From contig CAKKNE010000006.1 of assembly GCA_918797485.1 (NCBI GenBank), positions 2,852,001 through 2,916,000 of the forward strand: a stretch of DNA of 64,000 nucleotides, written 5' to 3'. This document shows positions 21,672-31,056 of the stretch, one piece after another. Positions within the stretch are counted from its first letter, which is position 1. Each line of letters starts with the position of its first letter. Origin of the DNA: Pelagomonas calceolata. Its lineage: Eukaryota. The position numbers and the translations under genes are program-made. The notes below the pieces were generated by a model. It was not told the DNA's origin. It made no database searches and saw only the letters and a program-made list of their open reading frames with translations.

Positions 21672-22130
21672 ACTTCACGGGCCTGGGGCTAATCTTCTGT
21701 GTTGCTAGTGACGCATGGGGCGCGCGCGACGAACGCAACGTCGCACCTCCGTTCCCTGTTGCACGGAGCCGGTCGTAGACCGAGCTCAGGTGCCCGCCGT
21801 GAGTACAATCGGTCCCCTACGTGCGCCCGGGTCTACTGCGGCGACGACCGTCCCGCGCCCGCGGCTCCTCCACTCGCCCAAGCCGGACATACCCAATCCT
21901 AAACGTCCCCACCGCTCGCGAACAGGTCGCACGGCCCAACCCGCGCGCACGGGATGTCTTACCTCACACAGCAAAGCTTTGGATCCCCGCTTTTTGATCC
22001 TCCATTACGCAGAGGGCTCACTGTGATTTGTGCAATTTGCACCGCGAACGGCTTCATCGGTCGCCGAAGCTCACGCACGCCCGCGGGGATCGCTGCACGA
22101 CTCAGGCACAGCGATTAGGAAGCAGCAGCC

Positions 22131-23330
22131 ATGAAGCTTGCAATTATCCTTGCGCTTGCGGCAAGCACGAATGCGTTCCTCGCACCCTTGCACCCGCAAC
22201 GAGTGAACGTCGAGCTCGCCGCCAAGAAGAAGAAGAAGAAGCAGGTCATGAGCCCGAGCGGCGACGGCGTCCAGGCGACGGTTCTAATTGAGAAGGCTGA
22301 CGCCGCCGCCGCCGACGCGATTGACCTCAGCAAGCAGGCCGCGGCGCTCGCCGACGACAGCGCGGCCAAGGCCGCTGCAAAGGCCGCAGAGGAGGCCGAG
22401 GCGGAAGCCGCCAAGGCCGCCGCCGAGACCGCGGCCAAGAAGGCTGCGGCCGACGCCGCGGCGGCCGCCGAGCGCGAGAAGGAGGCCCAAGCGGCCGCCG
22501 CCGCCCAGAAAGCGAAGGAGGAGGAGGCGGCGCGCGAGGCCGAGTCCGCGCGGCTCGCCGCGAAGGCCAAGGCCGAGGCCGAGGCCAAAGCTAAAGCAGA
22601 GGAAGAGGCCCGCATCGCTGCCGAGAAGGAGGCTGCACGCATCGCTGCCGAGAAGAAGGCCGCCGAGGAGGCCGCGGCGCGCGGCGACTTGGTCTTGGCG
22701 GCCGCAGAGGCCGCGGCGAGCTGGCCGCCGGACGCGGCCATCGGGCCTTTGCAAGATGCGCTCGCCAAGGCGGCGGCGCTCGGCATCACGGACGGCAACG
22801 ATGTTGATGCGGCCAAGGACGCGATCGCGGCGGCCGAGCGCATCGCGGCCCTCGCGGCCGAGGGCGAGGGCGTCCAGCCCCGGAGAAAAGCCGCGGCGAA
22901 GGCCGCGGAGGAGTGGCAGGTCGCGCGCAAGGTCGAATCTTTAAGGGAAGAGGGCGAGAAGGTCATTTCCCAGAGAGCTGAGGGAGCGCAGAAGCTCCAG
23001 GCCTACGTGAAGGAGACGCGGGCGTCGTCGATTGTGGGCGACTGGGCCGACGCCGATGGCATGCTCTGCCGACTCAAGGCCGACGGCACGGTGCTCGTGC
23101 CGCCCAGTCGCGGGTCGGGCGGCGCCTGGAAATTGACAAACGAGGACGGCTTCGGCGCCTCCGTCGAAATTACATTAGCGCTCGCCCAGACGACGCGCAA
23201 CGGCGTGCCCGCGGGCAACCGCGAGCACACCCTGAAGGGGAGCATCTCGGGGAGCAAGATGACCGGCGCCGTCGAGACGCTCATGTTCGGGTCCGTCGCG
23301 TCGGGGGATTTGGATTTGACGAAGATGTGA
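22131..23330 (+). CDS. plastid-targeted Ala/Glu/Lys-rich coiled-coil protein, paralogue B
   Basis: MKLAIILALAASTNA-FLAP; tandem duplicate with a shorter repeat tract and the same ending (GDL(E/D)LTKM). Confidence 0.8.
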   Translation: MKLAIILALAASTNAFLAPLHPQRVNVELAAKKKKKKQVMSPSGDGVQATVLIEKADAAAADAIDLSKQAAALADDSAAKAAAKAAEEAEAEAAKAAAETAAKKAAADAAAAAEREKEAQAAAAAQKAKEEEAAREAESARLAAKAKAEAEAKAKAEEEARIAAEKEAARIAAEKKAAEEAAARGDLVLAAAEAAASWPPDAAIGPLQDALAKAAALGITDGNDVDAAKDAIAAAERIAALAAEGEGVQPRRKAAAKAAEEWQVARKVESLREEGEKVISQRAEGAQKLQAYVKETRASSIVGDWADADGMLCRLKADGTVLVPPSRGSGGAWKLTNEDGFGASVEITLALAQTTRNGVPAGNREHTLKGSISGSKMTGAVETLMFGSVASGDLDLTKM

Positions 23331-23505
23331 CCATCTTCCTTGACTTTAACATTTATGAACCTTGCCTAGTCCCTCATACGCCGCCGCCCCGACGCCATCG
23401 CCGCGGCAGCGTCGTCCTCTTCGGAGGAGCCCCTCTGGACGAGCCAAGTTAGAAAGGAGTCTTACACGAGGATGAAACGAAACGGGGGGAGGGGGCTTGA
23501 CAAAA

Positions 23506-24909
23506 TCACGGCGACTTGAGCTGCTGGCGCGGGCCCGGCTCCTTCAAAAACTTCGCGAGCGCGCCCTCGGAGACATCAGAAGTGTTCGCGAGGTAGTAGG
23601 CGCCGTCGTCGTCCAAATCGAGCAACACTAATGTCGCCTCGCCCTTCGGCGGCTTGATGTCACACAATCGGACCACCTGCTCGGCGATGCCCTCGTCGGC
23701 CGTCGCGTAGAAAAATAATGTATCAGACTTCTCCTGCTTCGTCGCGAGCGCCTTCAGGCCTTCCACGTTCTTGTCCTCCATATTGTGCACGAAGACGCAC
23801 AGCGCCTTCTCGTCGTTAATTGACGACCCTTTGCACTCGGCCGTTTTTGTTAGATCAGCGTAGGGCTTGGGCGCCCACGACCGCGGGAAGTCCTCTACGC
23901 AATTCTCCATGACGAAAGATCTACCGGACGTCGTGATTGTGTTTCTCCCATTGGCTTCGGAATCCAATAACACCAAAGAGGGAATGCCGTTGACGCCGAA
24001 GGCCTTCGAGAGCTTCTCCTTCTGGTCCCGGGCATCATACGGTAGAGCTAACCAGTGCTCGCCCATGGACTGGTAGTACGACGCCCAGGCCTTGCTATCT
24101 TTGTCGCTCGAGACGAAGGCGATGGAGGCCTGTGTGATGATGCGTGAGTTTACGTCGCGGCGGCGGCGGCGCGCGGCGCGCGGGTGTACAGGCTGCAACA
24201 TAAAAATTTTCGGCGTCTCCGCGTGAAAATCTTCGAGTTTGCTGTGAGCAGCCTTGGCGTCGTGTTTCGGACACTGCTACGATACGTCTGGATACTTCTT
24301 CTCGAGCTCCGAAAAGAACTCCACTAATTTAGGAGTGAAGCCGCGGCAGGGCGGGCACCAGTGCGCCGAGAAGTATAATAGTAAAGGCCCCGGCCGCTCC
24401 GACAACGACACTTCTTCGCCCTCCTTGTCGACGAAGGGCGGCAGCGCAGAGAGAATCTCTGCGACGGAGGGCGGCTTCCAGGGGAACGCCTCCGGTTCGG
24501 ACGAGACGCCGTCGCGGCCATCTAACGTGATGGTCTCGCCCGTCTTCCCGTCGAGAATCACCAGTGTAGGAATGCCCCTGACCTTAAACTTCTTCGAGAG
24601 CGCATTTTTGGTCGCTCTGTCTTTAAAGGGCAGCGCCGCCCAGGCGGCCTGCTCGTCGTAGTACTCCTTGAACTGCGACGCGTCGCGGTCGCTCGACACG
24701 AAAATAATTTCAAAGTTCTTGGAGTCCTTGATCTGGTCGTAGAACTTGCCGAGCGCCGGTGTGAAGCCGCGGCAGGGCGGGCACCAGTGGGCGCTGAAAT
24801 ATAAACCGATCACCTCCTTGCCGGCTAATACTTCATTGGTGGGCTTCTGGCCCGTCTTCGTCTCGAGCGTGTTGCCGAGTAAGGTGCAGAAGTCGTGGAA
24901 CCCGGACAT
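23506..24909 (-). CDS. nucleoredoxin/tryparedoxin-like thioredoxin (2 exons, ~415 aa)
   Basis: Two LYFSAHWCPPCRGFTP active sites and GIP(T/S)LV motifs; the GT-AG intron 24130-24285 joins KKYPD|ASIAFVSSD. Confidence 0.9.
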
Positions 24910-25536
24910 GGTAATGTGTTTTTTGTTGGTGCTGTGTTTTTTGTTGCTGTGTGCGCTTGATCTGTGGTTTTTGCTGGCGCGTTGTTTTAAGCACTACTGT
25001 GTGGTGCTCTGCGCGTGTTGGTGGTGCTTGGCGTGCGTTTGCGTTTGCGTAATGTGCCTGAGATGTCTGGTCGAGCTCGGAGAGTTGCCACGGGTTTTTT
25101 CAGTAACAATCTTTGTTTCACCGGGCGGTTTCCGTAACTTGGGCTCGTCTGGGGCCCACCACCACTCTCGGGGCGACCCCAGGGCTCCGTCCGAGTGCGC
25201 CTGCCGCGCGTGTCGGGTGTTGCGTCGACGACGCGGGCGCCGCGCGAGAACCGAGGTCGCCGGGCGAGTAGCTTCCGGGCGCAGAGCCCTGGGCCGCGAG
25301 TCGGATTGTGTTCTGAGCCAGCGGCCGTAAGACGATTCGAGAGCCAGTCCCACCTAGGTAGCCCCTCTAGCCCCCTTCACAAAAGCAGCGTTGCTCTCAG
25401 AGCAACTGGGCCACGCGACGCTGCCCCCAGCGACGGTGGGCCGCGGCGCTCTATCCCCAAAGACTGCGCCGAAGGGCAGCAAAACGGTGGGCGCAGCCTT
25501 CGCCGAGCAACCACAGCTCGGCACAAGTGAAAAGCC

Positions 25537-26526
25537 ATGTCCGCGGCGCGCCAGTCGCGCCCGCGCAAGGCGAGCGCGCGCGCACGCGAGGCGGCGGCGG
25601 ACGCCGTCGACGAGTCGGACTCTGACTCGGGGTCGGACTCCGAGCCGGACGATGTTGATGGAGACGACGCCTGGGCCCAGTGCGACGCCTGCCAGAAGTG
25701 GCGCCTGCTCCCGAAGGACCACGTCGTCGACGAGGGCGCGGACTGGACCTGTTCCCTCGTGGGACGGAGCTGCGACGAGCGCGCCGACGACGCCGTCGAG
25801 GAGCCCGCGGGCACGGTGACGCCCCCGCTGTCCGTCGAGCCGGTATCACTGAAGGACCTCGATACGACACCGCAGCGAAAAAAAGCCCGGGCCCTCGCGG
25901 CCGACCCGGCGGCGATCCGCGAGGCCTATGCTCGGGAGAGGCAGGACGCCGGCTCCGAGCGAAAAAAATCTGAGCAGAAGGGCTGCGGTGGCACCCTTCC
26001 CGAGGACCTCAACACGCTCCTCGAGCCGCTCGAAGACGGCAGCAAGCGCTTCGGGCTCGCGTGTTGTGTGGCACGAGGCGTAATTAAGTACGGCTCGTTG
26101 AGATGTATGACTGAAGAAAGACTCGGCGACTACGTCAGCCGCGGGAAGGAAGTCTATGAAGATTTGGGGCCCAAATCAAAGCAACACGTAGACTTTATTG
26201 AACGGCTGGCGGCAGAAATGAAAGTCAAGAATCTTAGTCGATATTTCTACAGCTCACAGTGCCACAGTCATCTCGGCAATGTGGGGTCGTTACTCCAGAA
26301 GGTAGAGAAAAAACTGAGCAGCGCCGCGCCCGGGGCGGCGCAGACGCCGGGGCGCGCCCGTGGCGCCAAGAAGCGCGGGGCGGGGCCGGCTCGGGTCTCG
26401 TCGGACGACGACGACCCGCCCGCGGATTTGAGCGACGAAGCGCCGGCGCCGCCCGACGAAGACGACTCGCCGCCGCCGCCGCCGGCCGCCACGCCCAAGA
26501 AGCGGCAGCGCCGGGACGCGGGGTAG
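25537..26526 (+). CDS. CW-type zinc finger protein
   Basis: WAQCDACQKWRLLP...WTC...C motif; acidic and basic tracts with NLS-like PKKRQRR. Confidence 0.8.
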   Translation: MSAARQSRPRKASARAREAAADAVDESDSDSGSDSEPDDVDGDDAWAQCDACQKWRLLPKDHVVDEGADWTCSLVGRSCDERADDAVEEPAGTVTPPLSVEPVSLKDLDTTPQRKKARALAADPAAIREAYARERQDAGSERKKSEQKGCGGTLPEDLNTLLEPLEDGSKRFGLACCVARGVIKYGSLRCMTEERLGDYVSRGKEVYEDLGPKSKQHVDFIERLAAEMKVKNLSRYFYSSQCHSHLGNVGSLLQKVEKKLSSAAPGAAQTPGRARGAKKRGAGPARVSSDDDDPPADLSDEAPAPPDEDDSPPPPPAATPKKRQRRDAG

Positions 26527-26581
26527 TAACGCGAGAAGAATCTATTTTTTTACCACTACTACGACCGGCCCCACGTAGCAT

Positions 26582-27537
26582 CTAGGAGAAGATCTTGCCC
26601 AGGTTGCCGAAGGCGGGTTCGTGCGTCATGAGCCCCGCGCCGATCTGGCCCATGACGGCCCACATCGCGAGGCGGCCGTGCTTGATCTCCTTGAGCGCGA
26701 GCTCCTCCGTGATCTCGAACTGCAGGGGGTTCAGGCCGAAGTCGCCCGGCGCCCTCTCTCCCGTAGAGCGCCCCATCGTCGTCGCCACGCCCGAAATGAG
26801 CTCGATGGCGGTGATGAAGACGATGCCCGCGCAGATCGCGTTCGGGTGCTCCTCCCACGCGTCCCAGAAGACGTCCATCTGGCTTCGCCCGTCGGCCTCG
26901 GGCCAGCCCGGGAGGGGGCCGAAGGCCTCGACCCAGATGACGCCCGTCGCCGCGAGCATCGCGACGCGGCCGTGCTTGAGCTCGGCCTCTCTGAGCCAGT
27001 AGAGGTCGACGCCGAGGTCGTCGATCTCGGACAGGCCGAGGGGGTCGAAGCCCACGTCGCCGGCCATGGACCCGTCCAGGTTCTTCGGCTGCTCGAGGAA
27101 CGGCATGGACAGCGAGTTCGCGTTGGCCGCGACGGTCTGTGTGACGCGGGGGGTGAGGGCCGCGCGCGTCTCTCTTCTCTCTCTCGTGCCTCTCGTGTGT
27201 GGGTGCGTGCGTGTCCGCCGTCGCGGCTGCGCGGCGGCGCGCGCAGCCCTTCCGGCGCCCGACGTCGGAGAACAGCTGCCGCCCCCACAGGGCTGCGAGC
27301 CGCGCTCCGCGCCAGCGCGAGCGCTCCGGACTGATGGCTGGCATCCGTGTGACGGCCGCAGCGCCTCGCGTCCGCCGCATGGGTCCGCGCGCGCCCGCCC
27401 GCAGGCCAAGATCGAGCAGAGGGAGTTCTCAGCGTCTACGCCATGAAATTCGACACAGTTGCAGCTACCGCCCGTTTTTGCCCTATCGGCGCCACGTAGG
27501 CCCCGACAACCGGCAACAAAGCCAGAGCAGCCCGCAT
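26582..27537 (-). CDS. light-harvesting complex (fucoxanthin-chlorophyll, Lhcr-like) protein, 2 exons
   Basis: GDVGFDPLG, LREAELKHGRVAMLA, PGDFGLNPL and EIKHGRLAM. First exon 27537-27469 (MRAALALLPVVGA-YVAP..., too short for the ORF track) splices via intron ~27137-27468 to TVAANANSLSMPF. Confidence 0.92.
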
Positions 27538-27779
27538 TTTGGCCTTTTGCCTTGGCTCCTTACAGGTATCAGACAGCCCTAGTGGGCTTAACTAGCGCAA
27601 TTTAGCCGTCCGCGCGTGATGGATGAATAGGGAGGGCGTAGCAGGCTCGGACGCCTCGACGCGGCGCCTTTTCGCATGCGCGGATCTGCTCGGTCGAAGT
27701 GAGAGTGCTCGATCTTGCTCCTCCGCGGCGGCCCGCCGTGCTCATCTGCTCGTCGTAGGCCGTCGGAGCCATCGCAGCC

Positions 27780-29730
27780 ATGCGGTCACTCGCCACCGCG
27801 CTCGTGGTGGCGCTGGCCAGCGGCCTGGCGCCGCAAACCAAGCCCAGTGCTGCCAAGGTGCAGCAAAAGGCGCGCAGCTGCGTCGATTTGACTCAAATTG
27901 CAAGCCGCGCGGCGCCATCGACGCGACGCCGTGCCCGTCACCGCATCTGCGCGCTGGCGTGGGCTTCCACGCCATAGACGCGACGTCGCCTCCGTAACGC
28001 AAAACACACAGGCCCTCAGCAAGCAGCTCGGCACGCTCGCGGCCGGCGTCGCGCTCGCCGGCGTCGCCGCCGCGCCGGCCGCCGTCTTCGCCGAGGACGC
28101 CGTCGCCGAGGCGCCCGCCGCCGCCAAAGCCGCGGGCCCGGCCGCCGGCCGCACGGAGTTCCAGCGCCAGCTCTCCGCGCTGCGCGAGACGAAGCCCGCG
28201 GCCGCGAAGCCCATCGTGCGCGAGGCGCCGGCTGCGGCGCCGGCGCCGACGAAGGCCGCGCCCAAGGCCGCTCCGAAGGCCGCGAAGCCCGCGAAGAAGG
28301 AGGCTCCGGCCGTGGCGGACGGCGCGCCGCGCGCCGCCGACGTGTCCTTCGACAAGCCCGCTCAAGCGAAGCGCGAGGGCAAGGTCATCAAGAAGGCGCC
28401 GGCCAAGCCCAAGTCGGAACGCGACGCCGACGCCGCGAAAGCCAAGGAGGCGGCCCGCGTCGCCGCGCGCGAGAAGGCCGCGGCCGCGGCCGCCGCGCAG
28501 GAGGCGAAGGCGGCGGCGAAGGCCGCCGAGGCGGCCCAGGCGCGCGCGGCGCGCGCCGCCGCGAAGGCCGCGGCGCCTGCTGCGCCTGCGCCGGCGCCCG
28601 CCAAGGGCAAGGTCGTTATCCGTGTGTCCTTTGTCCCCTTCCCCGCGCCATCGACGCGACACATGAATCACCGGTCGACTCCCTGCCCAGGCGAAGGCCG
28701 CGCCGGCGCCGGCTCCTGCGCCCGCCAAGGGCAAGGTCGTTCTCCGTGTCCGTTGTCCCCTTCAGTGCATCGATGGCGTGACACATGACTCACCGGTCGA
28801 CTCTCTGCGCAGGCGAAGGCCGCGCCGGCGCCGGCCAAGGCGCCCGCCAAGGCCGCGCCCGCGCCCGCGGCCAAGGCGTCGAAGGCGCCCGCCGATAAGG
28901 CGAAGACCGCCGCCGCCGCGACGGCGAAGGGCAAGAAGGAGCTCGGGCTGCTCCTGCCGGAAGAAGTGGCTAGAGAAAAAACCCTCGACCAGATCGCCGA
29001 GACGCGCGAAAAGAAGAAGGAGGCCCGGGCCTTGCGAGGCATGGCGGGCAACACGAAGAACGAGGTGAAGAAGTACAAGGCGCAAGAGAAGGCCCTCGAC
29101 AAGAAGCTCGCGGCACTCGCGAAGTCGAAGCGCCAGCAGGACGCGCGGGTCGCGCGCGCGAAGGGCCGCGCGGCCAAGGCGAAGCAGCGCGCGGCCAAGG
29201 TCGAGAAGGTGGTGACCCCGCGTCCCTTCGTGACGCCATCGACGCGACGTCGTCCCGCCCGACGCAGGCCAAGCGCAACCGGGAAGCCAAGGTCGCGTCC
29301 CGCAAAAAGGCGGCCCAGGCGCGGGCCGACTCGAAGCGCCGGGCGTCGGAGCCTGTGTGGAAATCAGCCTCCACGCCATCGAGCAGACGCAGCTACGGAG
29401 ACAACGTCGCGTCGATGGCGTGGGGCGCCCGAAATTTGATTTCCACGCAGGTCGGAGGCCAAGGCCGCGCAGGCCCAGCGCAAGAAGGAGAAGCGCATCG
29501 CCAACGAGGCCGCCAAGAAGCTCGCGCGCCAGAAGGCGCTCGACGCCAGGGCGGCGACGAAGAAGGTTCGCGCCGGCGTCCTTCCTTCGACGCCTTCGTG
29601 ACCGTCCCGTTCGCAGGCTCAAATCGAGAAGAAGAAACGCAACGCCGCGGCCGCCAGCGCCGCGCGAAAGAAGGCCGCCGACGCGCGCAAGGAGGCCGCG
29701 CGCAAGCGGGCCGCGCGGCGCCGCCGCTAG
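27780..29730 (+). CDS. Ala/Lys-rich plastid (possibly thylakoid-targeted) protein, 7 exons
   Basis: Signal peptide MRSLATALVVALASG-LAP and a second hydrophobic stretch ending PAAVFA. Introns 27870-28011 (GC), 28612-28690, 28736-28812, 29209-29267, 29345-29450 and 29566-29616 give one continuous frame to TAG 29730. Confidence 0.7.
29345..29450 (+). mobile_element. Introner element, same TIR family as 10891-11034
   Basis: TSD GTCGGAGC/GTCGGAGG; TIR CTGTGTGGAAATCA...TGATTTCCACGCAG; internal CCACGCCATCGA...CGTCGCGTCGATGGCGTGG. Confidence 0.9.
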
Positions 29731-29865
29731 ACCTTTGCCCCCGGTGTCGCCGCGCCTGCGACACGTCGCCTACCTAAGAGTTTCGTTTGGAGGAGTTTAT
29801 TGTCGCGTCGATGGCGTGCGTTGTGGCTCGGATGCGCTCGCGAGAGACGACTTGTCGAAAATCCG

Positions 29866-29890
29866 GCTAGCGTGATGTGAGACACTAGGA
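29866..29890 (+). promoter_or_regulatory. CTAG-bounded palindromic upstream element, copy 6
   Basis: GCTAGCGTGATGTGAGACACTAGGA, ~170 bp upstream of ATG 30063. Confidence 0.55.
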
Positions 29891-30062
29891 ATCTCAGCTG
29901 CTTGACCTTGCGCATCCTCAGTACAGGCAACTGGCGGGCACGATCATCGCTTGCAACAAGCTGTAGTAGTAGTGTGACGTCGCCGCTGCTAACAGCTCCT
30001 AGCCGGAAGCCGCATCCGCGCGGCAACAAGCAACAAGCAGATCCACGCTCTCCGGTGCGACC

Positions 30063-30617
30063 ATGATCGTCCGACGGACGCTGCTCCTCGCGAGCCTCAC
30101 GACACTCGTGCAGAGCTACGTCGTGCCGCACTCGAGGATAACGCCCGTCAAGTACCGCGCCGCCACCGAGGAAGAGACGGCGCCGAAGCCCGACGAAATT
30201 GTGTTAGGAGCGCCCTTTGATGTGGCGGAGTACCCCATCAATACCGATGAGTTCGTCAACGCCTACAAGAAGTGGCAGGCGTCCAAGAACAACGAAATCA
30301 ATGGCGACGACGCCAGGAGAGACATCCAGGCCTTCATGACGCAGGAAGACCTCATGGAGAAGTGGCGGCCCATCCTCCAGGCCGAGGCCGAGGAGGCGAA
30401 CAAGATGACGTTGGTGGATTATGTCAACGCCTTCACGTCCGTCGCGTTGCCTTTGGCCGTCGGCTTCACGCTGCTGCCGCTCATCCGCAGATTGGGAGAG
30501 GGCAACGTTATTGGGGATGTCATCTTCCCGAAGATCGACCAGGCCGGTGACTTGCTGAAGGGCGGCGTGAAGAAGGCGATCGAATTGCCGATCTGCCTCG
30601 AGTTCGGGGACTGCTAG
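30063..30617 (+). CDS. probable plastid single-pass membrane protein, unknown function
   Basis: Signal peptide ending VQS-YVVP, transit-like region, one hydrophobic helix (AFTSVALPLAVGFTLLPLI); strong GC3 bias. Confidence 0.7.
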   Translation: MIVRRTLLLASLTTLVQSYVVPHSRITPVKYRAATEEETAPKPDEIVLGAPFDVAEYPINTDEFVNAYKKWQASKNNEINGDDARRDIQAFMTQEDLMEKWRPILQAEAEEANKMTLVDYVNAFTSVALPLAVGFTLLPLIRRLGEGNVIGDVIFPKIDQAGDLLKGGVKKAIELPICLEFGDC

Positions 30618-31056
30618 GGGCTGGGTAAGGGTCGCTCGTCGGTCTGTCGCGTCGACGGCGTCGGGGGGCCCGCGACGCGCCAATGTCCCAATCACAGCCG
30701 ACGCGCCCGCGGTGCGCCCTCGTATACGTCGTTCGACGCGTGGACCTCTATGGCTTGGAGCTCAGGAGGCCTCTCGGGGAGGCCCGCGGCTCGTTTGAGC
30801 TTGGCAGGGAGCGCTCTGGCTGCTTGCGAGCGCGCAAGCTCGACGTGCGGCGGCTTAAAAAATAGCCCGCAGCGCCTGCGAGGCGCCGAGACCGACTACA
30901 CTTATAATCTCGCCGCGCGCCGGATTCCGTGCCTGCGCGAACAGATCACAGCAGGTTCCCAGCCAAGCGTGTCTTTGCAGCCGCGCGGCGCGGGAGACCC
31001 GCCGCGCGCCCAAGAAACAAGCCATCCACGGTAAGCGTGACGCGGCGCCAAGAAAT

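Noticed and set aside
20118..22966. Long antisense and alternative-frame ORFs (20118..21095, 20327..21271, 22115..22966; similarly 31233..32513 and 43063..44112)
   Set aside because: Shadow ORFs of GC-rich, low-complexity genes
27137..27409. ORF-track N-terminal extension of the LHC protein
   Set aside because: This is intron read-through; a proper signal-peptide exon exists at 27537-27469
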